Assembly: GCA_963768625.1 (NCBI GenBank)
Contig: CAVYIK010000003.1
Span: 326,715 to 390,714 of the forward strand
Origin: an uncultured bacterium
GTDB lineage: Bacteria > Patescibacteriota > Minisyncoccia > UBA6257 > 2-01-FULL-56-20
DNA length: 64,000 nt
Reading direction: 5' to 3'
Position numbers and translations under genes: made by a program. Positions 30,899-41,936 of this stretch are shown here, piece after piece (position 1 is the stretch's first letter; every line of letters starts with the position of its first letter). The notes beneath the pieces were generated by a model that saw nothing but the letters and a program-made list of their open reading frames with translations, did no database searches and was not told where the DNA came from.

Positions 30899-31477
30899 TT
30901 ATAAGAGCATCGCGGACGCGGAGGGCTTCGCGAACGCCACCTTCATTGTCTCCCCGGTCTTCTTGTCGGGCATGAGGAAATAATTCTGTTTCCGGTAAAG
31001 GTCGTAGAGCGCTTTCGTGAGCTCCACATCCTTCAGACAATATGCCTTGAGCTCTTCGATTTTGCCCTCGCGATAAAGGCCGATTGCTTCCGAGCCGTGC
31101 CGGTCCTTTTTGACCCCCAGGTTCATCTCCGCAAGCCGACTCAAGCTCACGCGTTGTTTTGCCGCCATTTCGATCTCTTCAAGCAGGTCCACACGCTCCT
31201 TCTCCCAAAGATTCGGCGCCGCGGCGTGAAGCCGCTGGAAATAATTATTGAGCACCGGTACGTCATACCGATTCATGCTGAAACCGACGATACGGCTCGC
31301 CGAGCGGAAAAGCTCTGCGAGCTTTTCCATCTCTTGCTCTTCAAAAACGAAATATTTGTCGTAAAGATAGGAATAGACGCCGACGACGGATATCTTGAGC
31401 GCCGCGAAATTGTCCCATCCGACGTCCGGGTCGGTGAAAAAATTCTGTGTTTCAATGTCGAAAACGAGTGTGTCCAT
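30899..31477 (-). CDS. RNase H-like fold 3'-5' exonuclease family protein
   Basis: N-terminal DIET acidic motif (LVFDIETQNF) and a distal YCLKDVELT motif, typical of DEDD-type exonuclease domains. Confidence 0.55.
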   Translation of the reverse strand: MDTLVFDIETQNFFTDPDVGWDNFAALKISVVGVYSYLYDKYFVFEEQEMEKLAELFRSASRIVGFSMNRYDVPVLNNYFQRLHAAAPNLWEKERVDLLEEIEMAAKQRVSLSRLAEMNLGVKKDRHGSEAIGLYREGKIEELKAYCLKDVELTKALYDLYRKQNYFLMPDKKTGETMKVAFAKPSASAMLL

Positions 31478-31486
31478 GTGCCCGGC

Positions 31487-31966
31487 CTAGACGTGCCGGT
31501 CGGCGACGTTGGACGCCGCATAGCTTTCCGGCTTTGTCTTCGCTTCAAAGTTGTTCGCGCGGATCATCGCCACCACTTCTTCAATCATCGCCTTGGTCGG
31601 GCCGTTCTTACCAATGTCCGCATGGATCTCAAACTCAAATTCGGGAAGCGGGTATTTCCGGAGCTCCGCGAGCACTTTGCCCGCGACCTCGATCGAGACC
31701 AGCACCTCTTTGATGATGCGGTCGCGCAGATTGTGGAACTTCCCCAGCGTGAAGCGCCGCCAGAAATAACGAGCGCCGTTCCCTACCCGGTGTACGACGA
31801 TCGCCGTCACAAAGTCCGCCTGTTTCTCCCGCAAGAGCTCGGAGTCGGTTCCGATCGTTACCCTATAATGGCGCGCGGGTTCCATCCGCATGAAATCCAC
31901 GATGTTCCGGACCACTTCGTCCACGGTCATCCGGATCCCCAACGAACTGTTCAAGAAGTCTGGCAT
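31487..31966 (-). CDS. YkuK/DUF458 RNase H-like family protein
   Basis: IGTDSE...FVTAIVVHRVGNGARYF...HADIGKNGPT...KPESYAASNVADR matches my memory of the family. Confidence 0.6.
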   Translation of the reverse strand: MPDFLNSSLGIRMTVDEVVRNIVDFMRMEPARHYRVTIGTDSELLREKQADFVTAIVVHRVGNGARYFWRRFTLGKFHNLRDRIIKEVLVSIEVAGKVLAELRKYPLPEFEFEIHADIGKNGPTKAMIEEVVAMIRANNFEAKTKPESYAASNVADRHV

Positions 31967-32009
31967 GTAGGGGCATCATACCCCTTCGCACGAAGGACTG
32001 TCAATCTTG

Positions 32010-32804
32010 TCAAGCTTCCTTTAAGATCTTTTTAATTATTTTCTTCGTGTCCTCCGGATCCCGCACGGCGATGCACTGCACGCCCGTCCGCTTTGCCGCA
32101 TAATCGTTGCCGCCCGGATAGAGGGCATCCCCGATGAAAAGCATGCGCGCTATGGGCACATGCAGATATTCTTTAATCTGGTGGATGCCGTAGGCCTTAT
32201 CGCCCCCCTTCCGTGTGATGTCGATCGTTGTTATCCCGCCAACGCGCACTTCGAGATGCGGCAACTTTTTCTGAAGTAACTTTGCGATCTTGAGTCGCAG
32301 GCGGTTATTTTCTTTTTTCCATTCTTCTTTAAGCTGGATGCCCTTCTCGCCGAGCGCCTTAACAATATCTTGCCCTAAGGGAGAAAAGCTCATTTGGGTC
32401 ATCCTGTCCTCAAGCGTCGTCCCGTATACTTTTTCGGGGGGCAGATATCCTACCTCACGGAAGACCTCCTTAAACGCCTTTCTGATCTTTGTTTTTTCCC
32501 GTCGAGAGAGATTGAATTTATAGATATTTTTCCAACCATTCTCGTAGCGATAGAATGCGTTTGCGGTCGTCGGAAAAAGAAAAAGATTCTTAAGTCGGGC
32601 GTCGCGGCGCGGCAGGGGACCTAAAAGCTGTTCCCTGAAGAGGGCGTACTTTCCGCCGCCTATCACCGCTACGTGTTTTTTCTCCAGAAGGCGGAGGAGA
32701 AATCCGACCATTTCGCGGTCGGCGATCGACTTGCTCGGCGTGAGCGTGCCATCCATATCAAAAACGATAAGCTCCTTGTTCTTTATCTGTGACATCCTTT
32801 TCAT
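32010..32804 (-). CDS. HAD-superfamily hydrolase (IIB-like)
   Basis: Motif I FDMDGTLT and motif IV FIGDALYPGGNDY. Confidence 0.7.
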   Translation of the reverse strand: MKRMSQIKNKELIVFDMDGTLTPSKSIADREMVGFLLRLLEKKHVAVIGGGKYALFREQLLGPLPRRDARLKNLFLFPTTANAFYRYENGWKNIYKFNLSRREKTKIRKAFKEVFREVGYLPPEKVYGTTLEDRMTQMSFSPLGQDIVKALGEKGIQLKEEWKKENNRLRLKIAKLLQKKLPHLEVRVGGITTIDITRKGGDKAYGIHQIKEYLHVPIARMLFIGDALYPGGNDYAAKRTGVQCIAVRDPEDTKKIIKKILKEA

Positions 32805-32842
32805 TGTAGCAATGGCGGGAATTACAGTACAATAGAACTGTA

Positions 32843-34984
32843 ATGGCGAAACGGAATGGCGGGAATGATAGAGACAAGAGGAACGGTGGCACGGGGAGTG
32901 GCGGCGAAAAAGCAGATTTCTCCGGGCATCGCCTCCACCCGGATACCAAGAAGAGCGTCTGGGCGCTTTGTTTTATTGGCGTAGCGGTCATCCTTACGCT
33001 CGCAGGATTCAGCGGCGCCGGACCTGCGGGAGACGCCATTTTTAAGGGCCTCTCGGCGCTCTTCGGCTGGGGATACTTTATCCTACCCACGACGCTCGTT
33101 TTCGCTGCAATCGTCTTCTTCCTTACCGGCCGGAAAAAGATCGTAGGGGTCACGCTTATCGGCGCCGCGCTTCTTATTTTCTCGTTCCTCGGCCTCATTG
33201 ATATTTTTTCTCCGGAGAAAGGAGGCTTGCTCGGATTGGTATTGGGCTCGCTCCGCTACCCTTTTGGCAGGACCGCGGCAGGCATCATTGATGGATTTAT
33301 TTTGGTCATCTCGGTCCTTGTGACAGCGAATGTTCCTCTCAAGATCAAGTGGCCGGAAAAGGAACGAGATGAAGATCTTGTAGTGACCGGAGCGGAGGAA
33401 TCGAAGAAGAAAGGAAGCGCGGCCGCCGAACCCGGCGCCGAATCTGAAGAAACAGAAGGGACGCCGGAAGAAGAGGAAAACGCGAAGATGGCCGTTGTCT
33501 CGCACAAGCAAGACCTCAAACCGCGCAAGGCAAAAGCGCCGGTCTTTGCGAACTATGTCCCGCCGCCGCTCTCACTCCTCAAAGCCGAAACGGGGAAGCC
33601 AACGACGGGCGACCTCCTCGCAAACGCAAATGTCATCAAGCGCACGCTTGAGAGCTTCGGCATTTCGGTGGAGATGGGCGAGATCAATGTGGGCCCGGCA
33701 GTCACGCGCTACACCCTGAAACCGGCGGAGGGCATGAAGCTCTCGCGCATCACGGCGCTTTCCTCCGACCTTGCGCTTGCTTTGGCCGCGCATCCGATCC
33801 GCATTGAAGCACCGATCCCGGGGAAGGCGCTCGTGGGCATTGAGGTACCGAACAAGGCCGCCGCGCTCGTGCGCCTCGGCAGCTTGATGAACTATCCCGA
33901 CTTCAACCAATCCGGCCCGCTCGGTTTCGTCCTTGGCCGCGATGTCTCGGGAGAACCCGTCTTTACGAGCATAGAAAAGATGCCCCACTTGCTCGTTGCG
34001 GGAGCGACCGGCTCCGGGAAGTCCATCCTCGTCCACTCGCTCCTTATCTCCCTCCTTTATAAGAATTCGCCGCAGACCTTGAAGCTCATCTTGATCGACC
34101 CGAAACGCGTGGAGCTTTCTATCTATGAAGGCATCCCGCACCTCGTGAGCCCCGTCATCACCGACAATAAGAAGGCCGTCAGCGTTTTCCGTTGGGCGAT
34201 CTCCGAAATGGAGCGGCGCTATGAGTTACTCCAGAAAGCCGGGAGCCGCGACACGAAGAGCTACAACGCGAGCCATCTGGACGAAGCGCTTCCATTTATT
34301 CTCATCGTGATCGATGAAATGGCGGACCTCATGACCTCCTACGGACGCGACGTGGAGGGCTCCATCGTCCGCCTTGCGCAGATGGCGCGCGCGACGGGGA
34401 TTCACCTCTTGCTTGCCACACAGCGGCCGTCAGTCGAGGTCATCACCGGCCTCATTAAGGCGAACATCACTGCACGGGTCGCCCTGCAGGTCGCCTCGCA
34501 GATCGACTCACGGACCATCTTGGACACCTCCGGCGCGGAAAAGCTGCTCGGGCACGGCGATCTTCTCTTTGTTTCGGCGGAACTTTCAAAACCGCGGCGC
34601 ATCCAGGGCTCGTTCATCACCGAAGAAGAAATAAAGAGCGTCGCCGACTTCATCCGCGAACATAATCAAGCCGAAGCGGCGGGAGGGGAAGCGAACTTTG
34701 AAAACGGAACGGGGAACGGCGCTGCCCATGCGATAGACGGCCCGCAGAACTTTGATGAATACGTGGATGACGGAGATACCGACGAACTTTTTGACGAAGC
34801 CGTCGCCATCGTCGCTGAAGCGAAAAAAGCGTCGGCGTCACTGCTCCAGCGCAGGCTGAAGGTCGGCTATGCCCGCGCCGCCCGCCTGCTTGATCTTATG
34901 GAAGCCGCCGACCTTATTGGTCCCGGCGACGGCGCAAAGCCCCGCGACGTGAACTTGGAAAAAATCGAGGAACGGTTATCATAA
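32843..34984 (+). CDS. ftsK: DNA translocase FtsK/SpoIIIE
   Basis: Intact 713 aa. N-terminal TM helices, Walker A AGATGSGKS, Walker B VIDEMADLM and a C-terminal gamma winged helix (LLQRRLKVGYARAARLLDLME). Confidence 0.9.
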   Translation: MAKRNGGNDRDKRNGGTGSGGEKADFSGHRLHPDTKKSVWALCFIGVAVILTLAGFSGAGPAGDAIFKGLSALFGWGYFILPTTLVFAAIVFFLTGRKKIVGVTLIGAALLIFSFLGLIDIFSPEKGGLLGLVLGSLRYPFGRTAAGIIDGFILVISVLVTANVPLKIKWPEKERDEDLVVTGAEESKKKGSAAAEPGAESEETEGTPEEEENAKMAVVSHKQDLKPRKAKAPVFANYVPPPLSLLKAETGKPTTGDLLANANVIKRTLESFGISVEMGEINVGPAVTRYTLKPAEGMKLSRITALSSDLALALAAHPIRIEAPIPGKALVGIEVPNKAAALVRLGSLMNYPDFNQSGPLGFVLGRDVSGEPVFTSIEKMPHLLVAGATGSGKSILVHSLLISLLYKNSPQTLKLILIDPKRVELSIYEGIPHLVSPVITDNKKAVSVFRWAISEMERRYELLQKAGSRDTKSYNASHLDEALPFILIVIDEMADLMTSYGRDVEGSIVRLAQMARATGIHLLLATQRPSVEVITGLIKANITARVALQVASQIDSRTILDTSGAEKLLGHGDLLFVSAELSKPRRIQGSFITEEEIKSVADFIREHNQAEAAGGEANFENGTGNGAAHAIDGPQNFDEYVDDGDTDELFDEAVAIVAEAKKASASLLQRRLKVGYARAARLLDLMEAADLIGPGDGAKPRDVNLEKIEERLS

Positions 34985-34989
34985 AGCAC

Positions 34990-35694
34990 ATGAACCACGG
35001 CACCGATCGGAACGAACTGACCTTTGAGGAATTCCTCGCAGCGCGGCTGCGGGACAAGGGTATTTCCCTCAAGCGGCTTTCGGAGATCACGGGCATCGCT
35101 CCGATCCATATAGAGAACCTGTTCCACGGGAACTTTGAGCATATGCCCTCACGACCCTATTTCCGGGGCTACTTGATCCGCCTGGGGAAAGTGCTGGACT
35201 TCGACGGAGAGGAATGGTGGGAAAGGATACAGAAGGACGACTTTGTAAAAGATTCCGGGCCGGCCGACGCGCTGCCGCACAATCGCTTCATTAAACGCGC
35301 GCTGCCGAAATCCGCCTGGATCATCGGGATCGTCGCCCTTATCGTTGTCATCTATCTTCTTGTCTCACTCCCCCATATCCTCGGGAAACCCGCGCTTACC
35401 TTCACCTTCCCTCCCGCGAACCCCTATACCACCACCTCGACCACCCTCGTTTTTCGGGGCATGGCCCAGAATGCTGATGCGCTCTATCTTTCGAACGGCA
35501 ACGCCTCAAGCGGCGAGGAGGTTCCGGTGGCTACGGACGGCTCGTGGCAAAAAACCGTATTGCTCTCGGAGAGTGGCCTGAACACCTTTGCTTTCACGGC
35601 AAAGAAATTTCTCGGCGGCGAGACCACGTTCACGGAACAGGTCATCTACGAGGCAGCAAGCTCGTCCGCAGCCGCGACGTCAAGCCAGCTTTAA
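34990..35694 (+). CDS. RodZ-like HTH membrane protein
   Basis: N-terminal HTH (ISLKRLSEITGIAPIHIENL), one TM helix and an extracytoplasmic beta-rich C-terminus. Confidence 0.5.
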   Translation: MNHGTDRNELTFEEFLAARLRDKGISLKRLSEITGIAPIHIENLFHGNFEHMPSRPYFRGYLIRLGKVLDFDGEEWWERIQKDDFVKDSGPADALPHNRFIKRALPKSAWIIGIVALIVVIYLLVSLPHILGKPALTFTFPPANPYTTTSTTLVFRGMAQNADALYLSNGNASSGEEVPVATDGSWQKTVLLSESGLNTFAFTAKKFLGGETTFTEQVIYEAASSSAAATSSQL

Positions 35695-35729
35695 TAACTT
35701 TTTAATGCCCGCTCTGGTATAATAAGGGC

Positions 35730-36788
35730 ATGACACCAATTAAAAAGGATACGAAGGAGCCGAAGGAGGCCAAGAAGGAAGAAAAGGCGGAGACAACAAC
35801 AAAGGACATCGACGACCTCCTCTCGGCGCTCCAGGAAAAATTCGGCGAAGGGGCAATCATGAAGCTCGGCGACGTGGGCCACGTGGATGTGGCCGTTGTG
35901 CCTACGGGCTCGTTTTCGCTTGACCTTGCGCTCGGCGTGGGCGGCCTCCCGAGGGGACGCGTCGTAGAGATATTCGGCCAGGAAGCGAGCGGGAAAACCA
36001 CGCTTGCCCTGAATGTTGTAGCGCAAGCCCAGAGGCAGGGCGGGCGCTGCGCGTTCATTGACGCGGAACATGCGATGGACCCGGAATACGCGGCGAAGCT
36101 CGGTGTGCGCGTGAACGACCTCCTGATCTCGCAGCCGGACAACGGCGAAGAGGCGCTTAATATTTTGGACAGCCTGGTGCGCTCCAAGATGATCTCCGTC
36201 GTCGTCGTGGACTCCGTTGCCGCGCTTACCCCGCGCGCGGAGCTTGAGGGAGAAATGGGCGAACAGCACGTGGGCCGCCAGGCGCGGATGATGGCGCAGG
36301 CCCTGCGCAAACTGACCGCTATCGCGAGCCAGAGCCAGACGCTCATTATTTTCATAAACCAGATCCGTATGAAGATCGGCGTAATGTTCGGGAATCCCGA
36401 GACGACACCGGGCGGAATGGCCTTGAAGTTCGCCGCCTCGGTGCGGATCGACATCCGCCGCATTGCACAGGTAAAGAAAGGCGAAGCAGTCGTCGGCAAT
36501 CGCGTACGGGCGAAGGTAGTGAAGAACAAGGTAGCAGCGCCTTTCCGCACTGCGGAGTTTGATATTATGTTCGGCGAAGGGATCTCTTACGAAAGCGACG
36601 TCTTGAATACGGCGGTAAACCGCGGCGTCGTCAAGAAATCAGGTGCAAGTTTTACTTTTGAGGGAGAGAGATTGGGCGTCGGTTTTGATAACGCACGCCT
36701 TAAGTTGAAGGAGGATAAAAAAATGATCGAGGCGATCAAGAAGAAGGTATTGGAGGAGATCAAGAAAGAAGAACTGAAGCTTCTCTAG
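35730..36788 (+). CDS. recA: recombinase RecA
   Basis: Intact 352 aa. Walker [19 protein letters not shown], loop L2 region [20 protein letters not shown]. Confidence 0.95.
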   Translation: MTPIKKDTKEPKEAKKEEKAETTTKDIDDLLSALQEKFGEGAIMKLGDVGHVDVAVVPTGSFSLDLALGVGGLPRGRVVEIFGQEASGKTTLALNVVAQAQRQGGRCAFIDAEHAMDPEYAAKLGVRVNDLLISQPDNGEEALNILDSLVRSKMISVVVVDSVAALTPRAELEGEMGEQHVGRQARMMAQALRKLTAIASQSQTLIIFINQIRMKIGVMFGNPETTPGGMALKFAASVRIDIRRIAQVKKGEAVVGNRVRAKVVKNKVAAPFRTAEFDIMFGEGISYESDVLNTAVNRGVVKKSGASFTFEGERLGVGFDNARLKLKEDKKMIEAIKKKVLEEIKKEELKLL

Positions 36789-36807
36789 GAGCTACAACCG
36801 CTAGGGA

Positions 36808-37854
36808 TTACAACCGCTTCGTCGCCGCAGTGAAGCCGTTCTCTGACGTGCTTAAAATAAGGTCAGTCTGATACCAGCCGTAAATGAAGTAGGCTGGCGG
36901 AGTCGCGTTGGGAAAGGACAAGACCCTTACCGCCGTACTCGATATTGCGCTGTCCGCGAAACCGCTCCCTGCGGGCGTACCCACATTTTGCAAAAAGAGG
37001 TTCACGATGTCCGGCGAGGATTCAAGTTGGGCCACGTCGTTTTTTGCGTAGAGCCAATTGTCCCCCGATTTGAGCGAAAGCACGATGCCGGGCGAGAAAC
37101 CGCTCTTGTCCCGGTAGACAAAGAATGTCGCGTCAGGATTGAAGTGCGCGAGCGCTTGGGCATTCAGGATCCCCGCGTTCGCCTGCGCGAGAAGGTCGCT
37201 TACCGCGACGCCGTGCCCGTCAGGGGTTTGCATATCAACCTCGATCATCCCCGTGTTCTTATTCGCCGCCGCGAGCAATGACGAAAGTTTTTGGTTGAAC
37301 GTCTGGAGGTCGGCTGCGCCGGTCGCGACCCCGCCCGCGGAAAGCGCGAGTGTAAGCGTTTGGTCAGCCGGCCGTTTGAAAAGCGACTTGTGCATAAAAG
37401 GAGCTGCGGGGCCGGATGCAGACGCCGTGGCTGATGACGATGCCGCAGTGGGTGGGACCACCTGTGGCACAGCTGCCGCAGCCGGAGCCTGCGCACCGTA
37501 CCGGGAAGACGGTGCGCCCGCGGTGCCACCGGCAAAAAATATGGTGTAGGCGAGGTAGCCTACGAGCCCAAGCGCAGCCACGGCCGCTATCGCAACGAGG
37601 ATGATGACCGTATTGTTCTTCTTCGGTTCCGCTGCGGCAGCAATCTCCGCGCCGGTCTTCCCGAGCGATAATCCCATGACCTTCACGCTTTCAAAGCTCG
37701 GCAATCCGCCGCCGCTCTTTGCCATAGCGGCGAGATCCGACCGCATCGTCCGCACCTTTACTTCCGGTGGCGGAGGCGGCGCGGTGGGCACATTGGCCAT
37801 CGGAGGCGCCGGAGGCACGAAGTTGGCATTCTCGTTCCCGTCCATTGGCTTCAT
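36808..37854 (-). CDS. hypothetical membrane-anchored protein (Pro/Ala-rich N-terminus)
   Basis: 348-aa ORF with one TM helix (VIILVAIAAVAALGLVGYLAYTIFF). No family recognised. Confidence 0.45.
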   Translation of the reverse strand: MKPMDGNENANFVPPAPPMANVPTAPPPPPEVKVRTMRSDLAAMAKSGGGLPSFESVKVMGLSLGKTGAEIAAAAEPKKNNTVIILVAIAAVAALGLVGYLAYTIFFAGGTAGAPSSRYGAQAPAAAAVPQVVPPTAASSSATASASGPAAPFMHKSLFKRPADQTLTLALSAGGVATGAADLQTFNQKLSSLLAAANKNTGMIEVDMQTPDGHGVAVSDLLAQANAGILNAQALAHFNPDATFFVYRDKSGFSPGIVLSLKSGDNWLYAKNDVAQLESSPDIVNLFLQNVGTPAGSGFADSAISSTAVRVLSFPNATPPAYFIYGWYQTDLILSTSENGFTAATKRL

Positions 37855-37913
37855 TTTAGCATGAAAAGGAAAAGGTCGTTCCGCGCGGGGCGGCGTCCGC
37901 AGGCCAAAAAGGC

Positions 37914-40033
37914 CTACTGTAATTGCTTGATGGACATCCGGATCCTCCCGTCGTCGTCAACGCTGATGATTTTTGCCCGGACGAAATCACCCACCTTCAC
38001 GACGTCCTCCACTTTCTTTACAAAGCCCTGCTTGAGCTCCGAAACATGGATCATACCGTCCTTCCCGCCGCCCAAGTCCACGATCGCGCCGAATTCCAGC
38101 GTCTTTATCACATTCCCCTCTATAATCTCGCCCACTTTGAACTCCCGGGCAATACCCTTGATCTCCGCGACCGCGGCGTCCACCTTCTCGAGGTCCATGC
38201 CGGATACGAATACGCCGCCATCTTCGTCAATATCAATCCCCGCGAGAGCGTATTTTTCAATAAGGCCATTGATGATCTTCCCTCCGGGCCCGATGACCGC
38301 GCCGATCTTGTCGGTCGAGATCTTGAGCGTCCGGATCTTGGGCACGAAGGGCGACAACTTCTCGCGGTGCGTCGGAAGCACCTCTTTTATCACTTTCAAA
38401 ATCTCGAGCCGCGCCTTGCGCCCCTGCAGGAGCGTCTTTTCCACGATCTCAAGCGTGATGCCGTCCACTTTGACGTCCATCTGCACGCCCGTCACGCCGT
38501 CATCCGTGCCGGCCACTTTCAAGTCCATGTCGCCGTGGTGATCTTCGGGGCCCTGGATGTCGGTCAAAACTTTGTAATTATTTACATCCTTCATCATGAG
38601 CCCCATCGCGATGCCCGCCGCCGGTTTCTTGATCGGCACGCCAGCATCCATGAGCGACAAGGATGAAGCGCAGACGGTCGCCATGGAAGACGAACCGTTC
38701 GAAGACATGATCTCGGAGACGACGCGGATCGTGTAGGGGAACTCCTCTTTCGTGGGAATCAGCCGCTCAAGCGATTTCCGCGCAAGGTTGCCGTGGCCGA
38801 TCTCGCGGCGCCCGGGCCCCGGAACGTCCCCACTTCTCCCACCGAGAATGGCGGGAAATTATAGTGGAGCATGAAGCGCCGCTTGGTCGTCGTTTCCATT
38901 GTTTCGATCATCTGCTCCGCGCCGGGCGCCGCGAGCGTCGTTACGGCAAGCGCCTGGGTATTCCCGCGCACGAAGAGCGCCGAACCGTGCGTCCGCGAAA
39001 ACATCGCGACCTCGCCGTCCAATGCGCGCAGCTCGTCGAGCTTGCGCCCGTCCGGCCGCCGCTCTTTCGTAAGCGCCTCGCGATGCACGAGGTCGTTGAT
39101 CGCCTCCTCAAAGAGGAAATCTGCGCCCTTCCAATCCATTGTCTTCTCATGGGCACTTTCGCCCTTCGCCTCGCCCAATTCCTTAAGATGCAAAAAGAGT
39201 GCGGTCTTGAGCTCTCCGATGGCGCTCTGCTGTTCCATTTTATTGGGACGAAATACCGCCGCCTCCAACTTGTCGGTCAAATATGCGTTCACGGCCGCCT
39301 TTAGCTCTTCGGCCGGATCCGCGATCGTGAGCTTCGCTTTCTGCTTGCCGATCTCCTTCCGGATCTTTTCCTGGAACTCAACAAGTTTGTTCACCTCTTT
39401 CTGCGCCATCTCGAACCCATGCACAATATCTTTTTCCTGCGCGTCCAAACCGCCGAGCTCGATCATGTTGATGCGGTCCTTTGCACCGGAGAGGAAAGCA
39501 TCAAAGACCGGAGGGTTCTGGAGGACGTATGAATTGTCGGGGTTGAGCTTGAAGTCATTCCCTATTTGCGCCACGCGCACGCCCGCCACCGGTCCCGCCC
39601 ACGGGATATCCGAGATGAGGAGCGCCGTTGACGCGCCCAAAAGCCCCACAAATTCCGGATCGTTCTCCTCGTCGATCTGTAAAACGGTCACGACCACCTG
39701 GATCTCGTTCCGTACGCGATGGTCAAAAAGCGGCCGGATGGTGCGGTCAACGAGCCGGCCCGCGAGCACCGCTTCTTCAGAAGCGCGCCCTTCGCGGCGG
39801 ATGAACCGGCTGCCGATGATCTTTCCCGCAGCGTAAAATTTTTCTTCGTAATCAACCTTGAGCGGCAGGTAGTCGGTTGCTGCTTCCTTCCGCGACATGA
39901 CCGCGGTCGCAAGGACCACCGTCTCGCCGTATTTCGCGAGCACGGCCGCGTTCGCCTGCTCGGCGAGCGACGAAACTTCTATAGTGAGTGTTTTGCCGGC
40001 AACGTCAATCGAGAATTGTTTTTTCTTCAACAT
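37914..40033 (-). CDS. pnp: polyribonucleotide nucleotidyltransferase (PNPase), single 1-nt frame break
   Basis: N-terminal ORF 38759..40033 ends ...FPPFSVGEVGTFRGPG. The continuation RREIGHGNLARKSLERLIP...SEIMSSNGSSSMATVCASSL (KH and S1 domains follow) is in the frame of ORF 37914..38708. The shift maps to ggcccgggcgccgcg near 38812-38826. Confidence 0.9.
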
Positions 40034-40054
40034 GATCTATTCGTCTTTTATTTT

Positions 40055-40666
40055 TTATATGCGCGACTTCATAATGACCCGCGGGAGTTCTTCAATGTTG
40101 ATAAATTTATCCGCCACTTCCTGGATCTTGGACGATGCGCTCCGGCGGAACGCAGCCACTTCCACAAGGCGCCCAGCGCCCCATTTTAGATAATCGATAA
40201 GGGGAAGGAAGTCGCCGTCGCCCGTAACGAGGATGACGACATCAAGGAACGATGACATCCGGATCGCATCCACCGCCATGCCGACGTCCCAATCCGCCTT
40301 CTTCATGCCACCCGCGAAGATCTGCAAATCCTTCATGCGGAGCTCAAACCCGGCCTTCTCCAGGGCTTCAAAGAACGCCGCTTCGGAGGACAGCGTCTCG
40401 CCGGTCTCTTCGGAACGCGCGATACGCGGACGCGACAGAGCCGTCCGGCCGGCCTCGCCGCGCGGAGCGCCGTGCTGCGGTTCCACGCCTTCGCTTTTCA
40501 CGACGTAGGCAAGCGCCCGGATGAGCTGCCGGTCGCCCACGAGGTGTTTCATCAATTCCGCGTAGTTCACGCGGCCGTGATACAAGTTCTTCGCGGAGTG
40601 ATACAGGTTCTGTACGTCTACAAAAATCCCAACCCGGTGGTTGGAATATTCAGGTGCTTTCTTCAT
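40055..40666 (-). CDS. NYN-domain (LabA-like) protein
   Basis: VGIFVDVQNLYHSAK... and ...VILVTGDGDFLPLIDYL motifs. ATG overlaps the rpsO stop (TAATG). Confidence 0.7.
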   Translation of the reverse strand: MKKAPEYSNHRVGIFVDVQNLYHSAKNLYHGRVNYAELMKHLVGDRQLIRALAYVVKSEGVEPQHGAPRGEAGRTALSRPRIARSEETGETLSSEAAFFEALEKAGFELRMKDLQIFAGGMKKADWDVGMAVDAIRMSSFLDVVILVTGDGDFLPLIDYLKWGAGRLVEVAAFRRSASSKIQEVADKFINIEELPRVIMKSRI

Positions 40667-40932
40667 TATTTTTTAAGCTCGAGCTTCTTCACGAGTTTGT
40701 CGTACGCGGCCGGCTCGTTCTTGCGGACATACGCCAAAAGCTTCCGGCGGTTCGAGACCATCTTCAAAAGCCCGCGGCGCGAGTGGTTGTCCTTCGGATT
40801 CTTCTTGAGATGCGCCGCGAGGGCGTCGATCTGGCGCGACAACATGCCGCTCTGCACTTCCGCCGAGCCGGTATCTTTGTCGTGCTTCCGATGCTCCACA
40901 ATGATGCGGGCCTTTACACGTTTACTAAGCAT
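40666..40932 (-). CDS. rpsO: 30S ribosomal protein S15
   Basis: HRKHDKDTGSAEVQSGMLSRQIDALAAHLKKNPKDNHSRRGLLKMVSNRRKLLAY. Confidence 0.9.
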   Translation of the reverse strand: MLSKRVKARIIVEHRKHDKDTGSAEVQSGMLSRQIDALAAHLKKNPKDNHSRRGLLKMVSNRRKLLAYVRKNEPAAYDKLVKKLELKK

Positions 40933-41020
40933 ATTTGCATTATATCCCACGAACGGGAAAACCGCAACCCCGCCGTCCGTTTTACGACAGATGCTCTATA
41001 ATAAGGGTGAGCCAGAAAAT

Positions 41021-41911
41021 ATGCCCGAGACCGAGGTCCAAAAATTATTGCGCGACTACCTTAACTACCTGGAGATAGAAAAAAACCGGTCGCCCAAGAC
41101 GCGCGAGAACTACGAACATTATCTTGAGGAATTTTTGAAGTCCTCCGGCGTGCGCGCCCCGAAGGACATTACGGACGCCGCCGTCCGCGAGTTCCGCATG
41201 GCGCTCGCCCGCCGCGGCATCAAGAAGGTAACGCAGAGCTATTACGTCATTGCTATTCGTAACTTCCTCAAATATCTTGCGAAGCGCGACATAAAATCGC
41301 TTGCGGCGGAGAAGATCGAGCTCCCAAAGACGCCCTCGCGACAGATAGAGATACTTGAATACGGCGACCTTGAGCGGCTCCTTGCGGCGCCCAAGGGCAA
41401 CGACCTTCGCTCGCTCCGTGACAAGGCGATCCTTGAGACGTTTTTCTCCACCGGCCTGCGACTTGCGGAATTATGCGCCATGGATCGCCGCCTTGATCTC
41501 AAACGCGGCGAGGTCACTGTGCGCGGGAAGGGAGATAAGCTGCGCGTGGTCTTTGTGGCCGACTCGGCGCGCGCCGCCATACAAAAATATCTCGCGAAGC
41601 GCGGCGACGCGGAGGAAGCGCTCTTTGTAAGCTTGGACAAGGCCGGGAAAGTGATCGGGCGCATAACGCCCCGCGCCGTCCAGCGCCTCGTTGCGCTTCG
41701 GGCGCGTGAGGCCGGCATCGCAAAGCGCGTCCACGCGCACGAACTTCGCCACAGTTTCGCTACGGACCTCTTGATGAACGGCGCAGACCTTCGCTCGGTG
41801 CAGGAACTCCTCGGCCACTCGAACATCTCCACCACGCAGGTCTATACTCATCTCACGAACAAAGCGCTCCGCGAAGTCCACCAGGCGTTCCACGGGAAGA
41901 GAAGAAAGTAG
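41021..41911 (+). CDS. tyrosine recombinase XerC/XerD family
   Basis: N-terminal SAM-like domain (YLNYLEIEKNRSPKTRENY) and catalytic R...HxLRHSFAT...LLGH..ISTTQVYTH. Confidence 0.85.
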   Translation: MPETEVQKLLRDYLNYLEIEKNRSPKTRENYEHYLEEFLKSSGVRAPKDITDAAVREFRMALARRGIKKVTQSYYVIAIRNFLKYLAKRDIKSLAAEKIELPKTPSRQIEILEYGDLERLLAAPKGNDLRSLRDKAILETFFSTGLRLAELCAMDRRLDLKRGEVTVRGKGDKLRVVFVADSARAAIQKYLAKRGDAEEALFVSLDKAGKVIGRITPRAVQRLVALRAREAGIAKRVHAHELRHSFATDLLMNGADLRSVQELLGHSNISTTQVYTHLTNKALREVHQAFHGKRRK

Positions 41912-41936
41912 GAACTACCCGCCTCAGACCGATTTC

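Noticed and set aside
36789-36830. Direct repeat ctacaaccgct / ttacaaccgct between recA and the converging gene.
   Set aside because: Only 11 nt with one mismatch. The second copy is simply the last codons and stop of the minus-strand ORF, so this is likely chance.
40472-41020. N-terminal 183-codon extension of the recombinase ORF (ORF track 40472..41911).
   Set aside because: The extension runs antisense over the NYN and rpsO genes and has no recombinase-like sequence. MPETEVQKLLRDYLNYLE at 41021 is the family-typical N-terminus.
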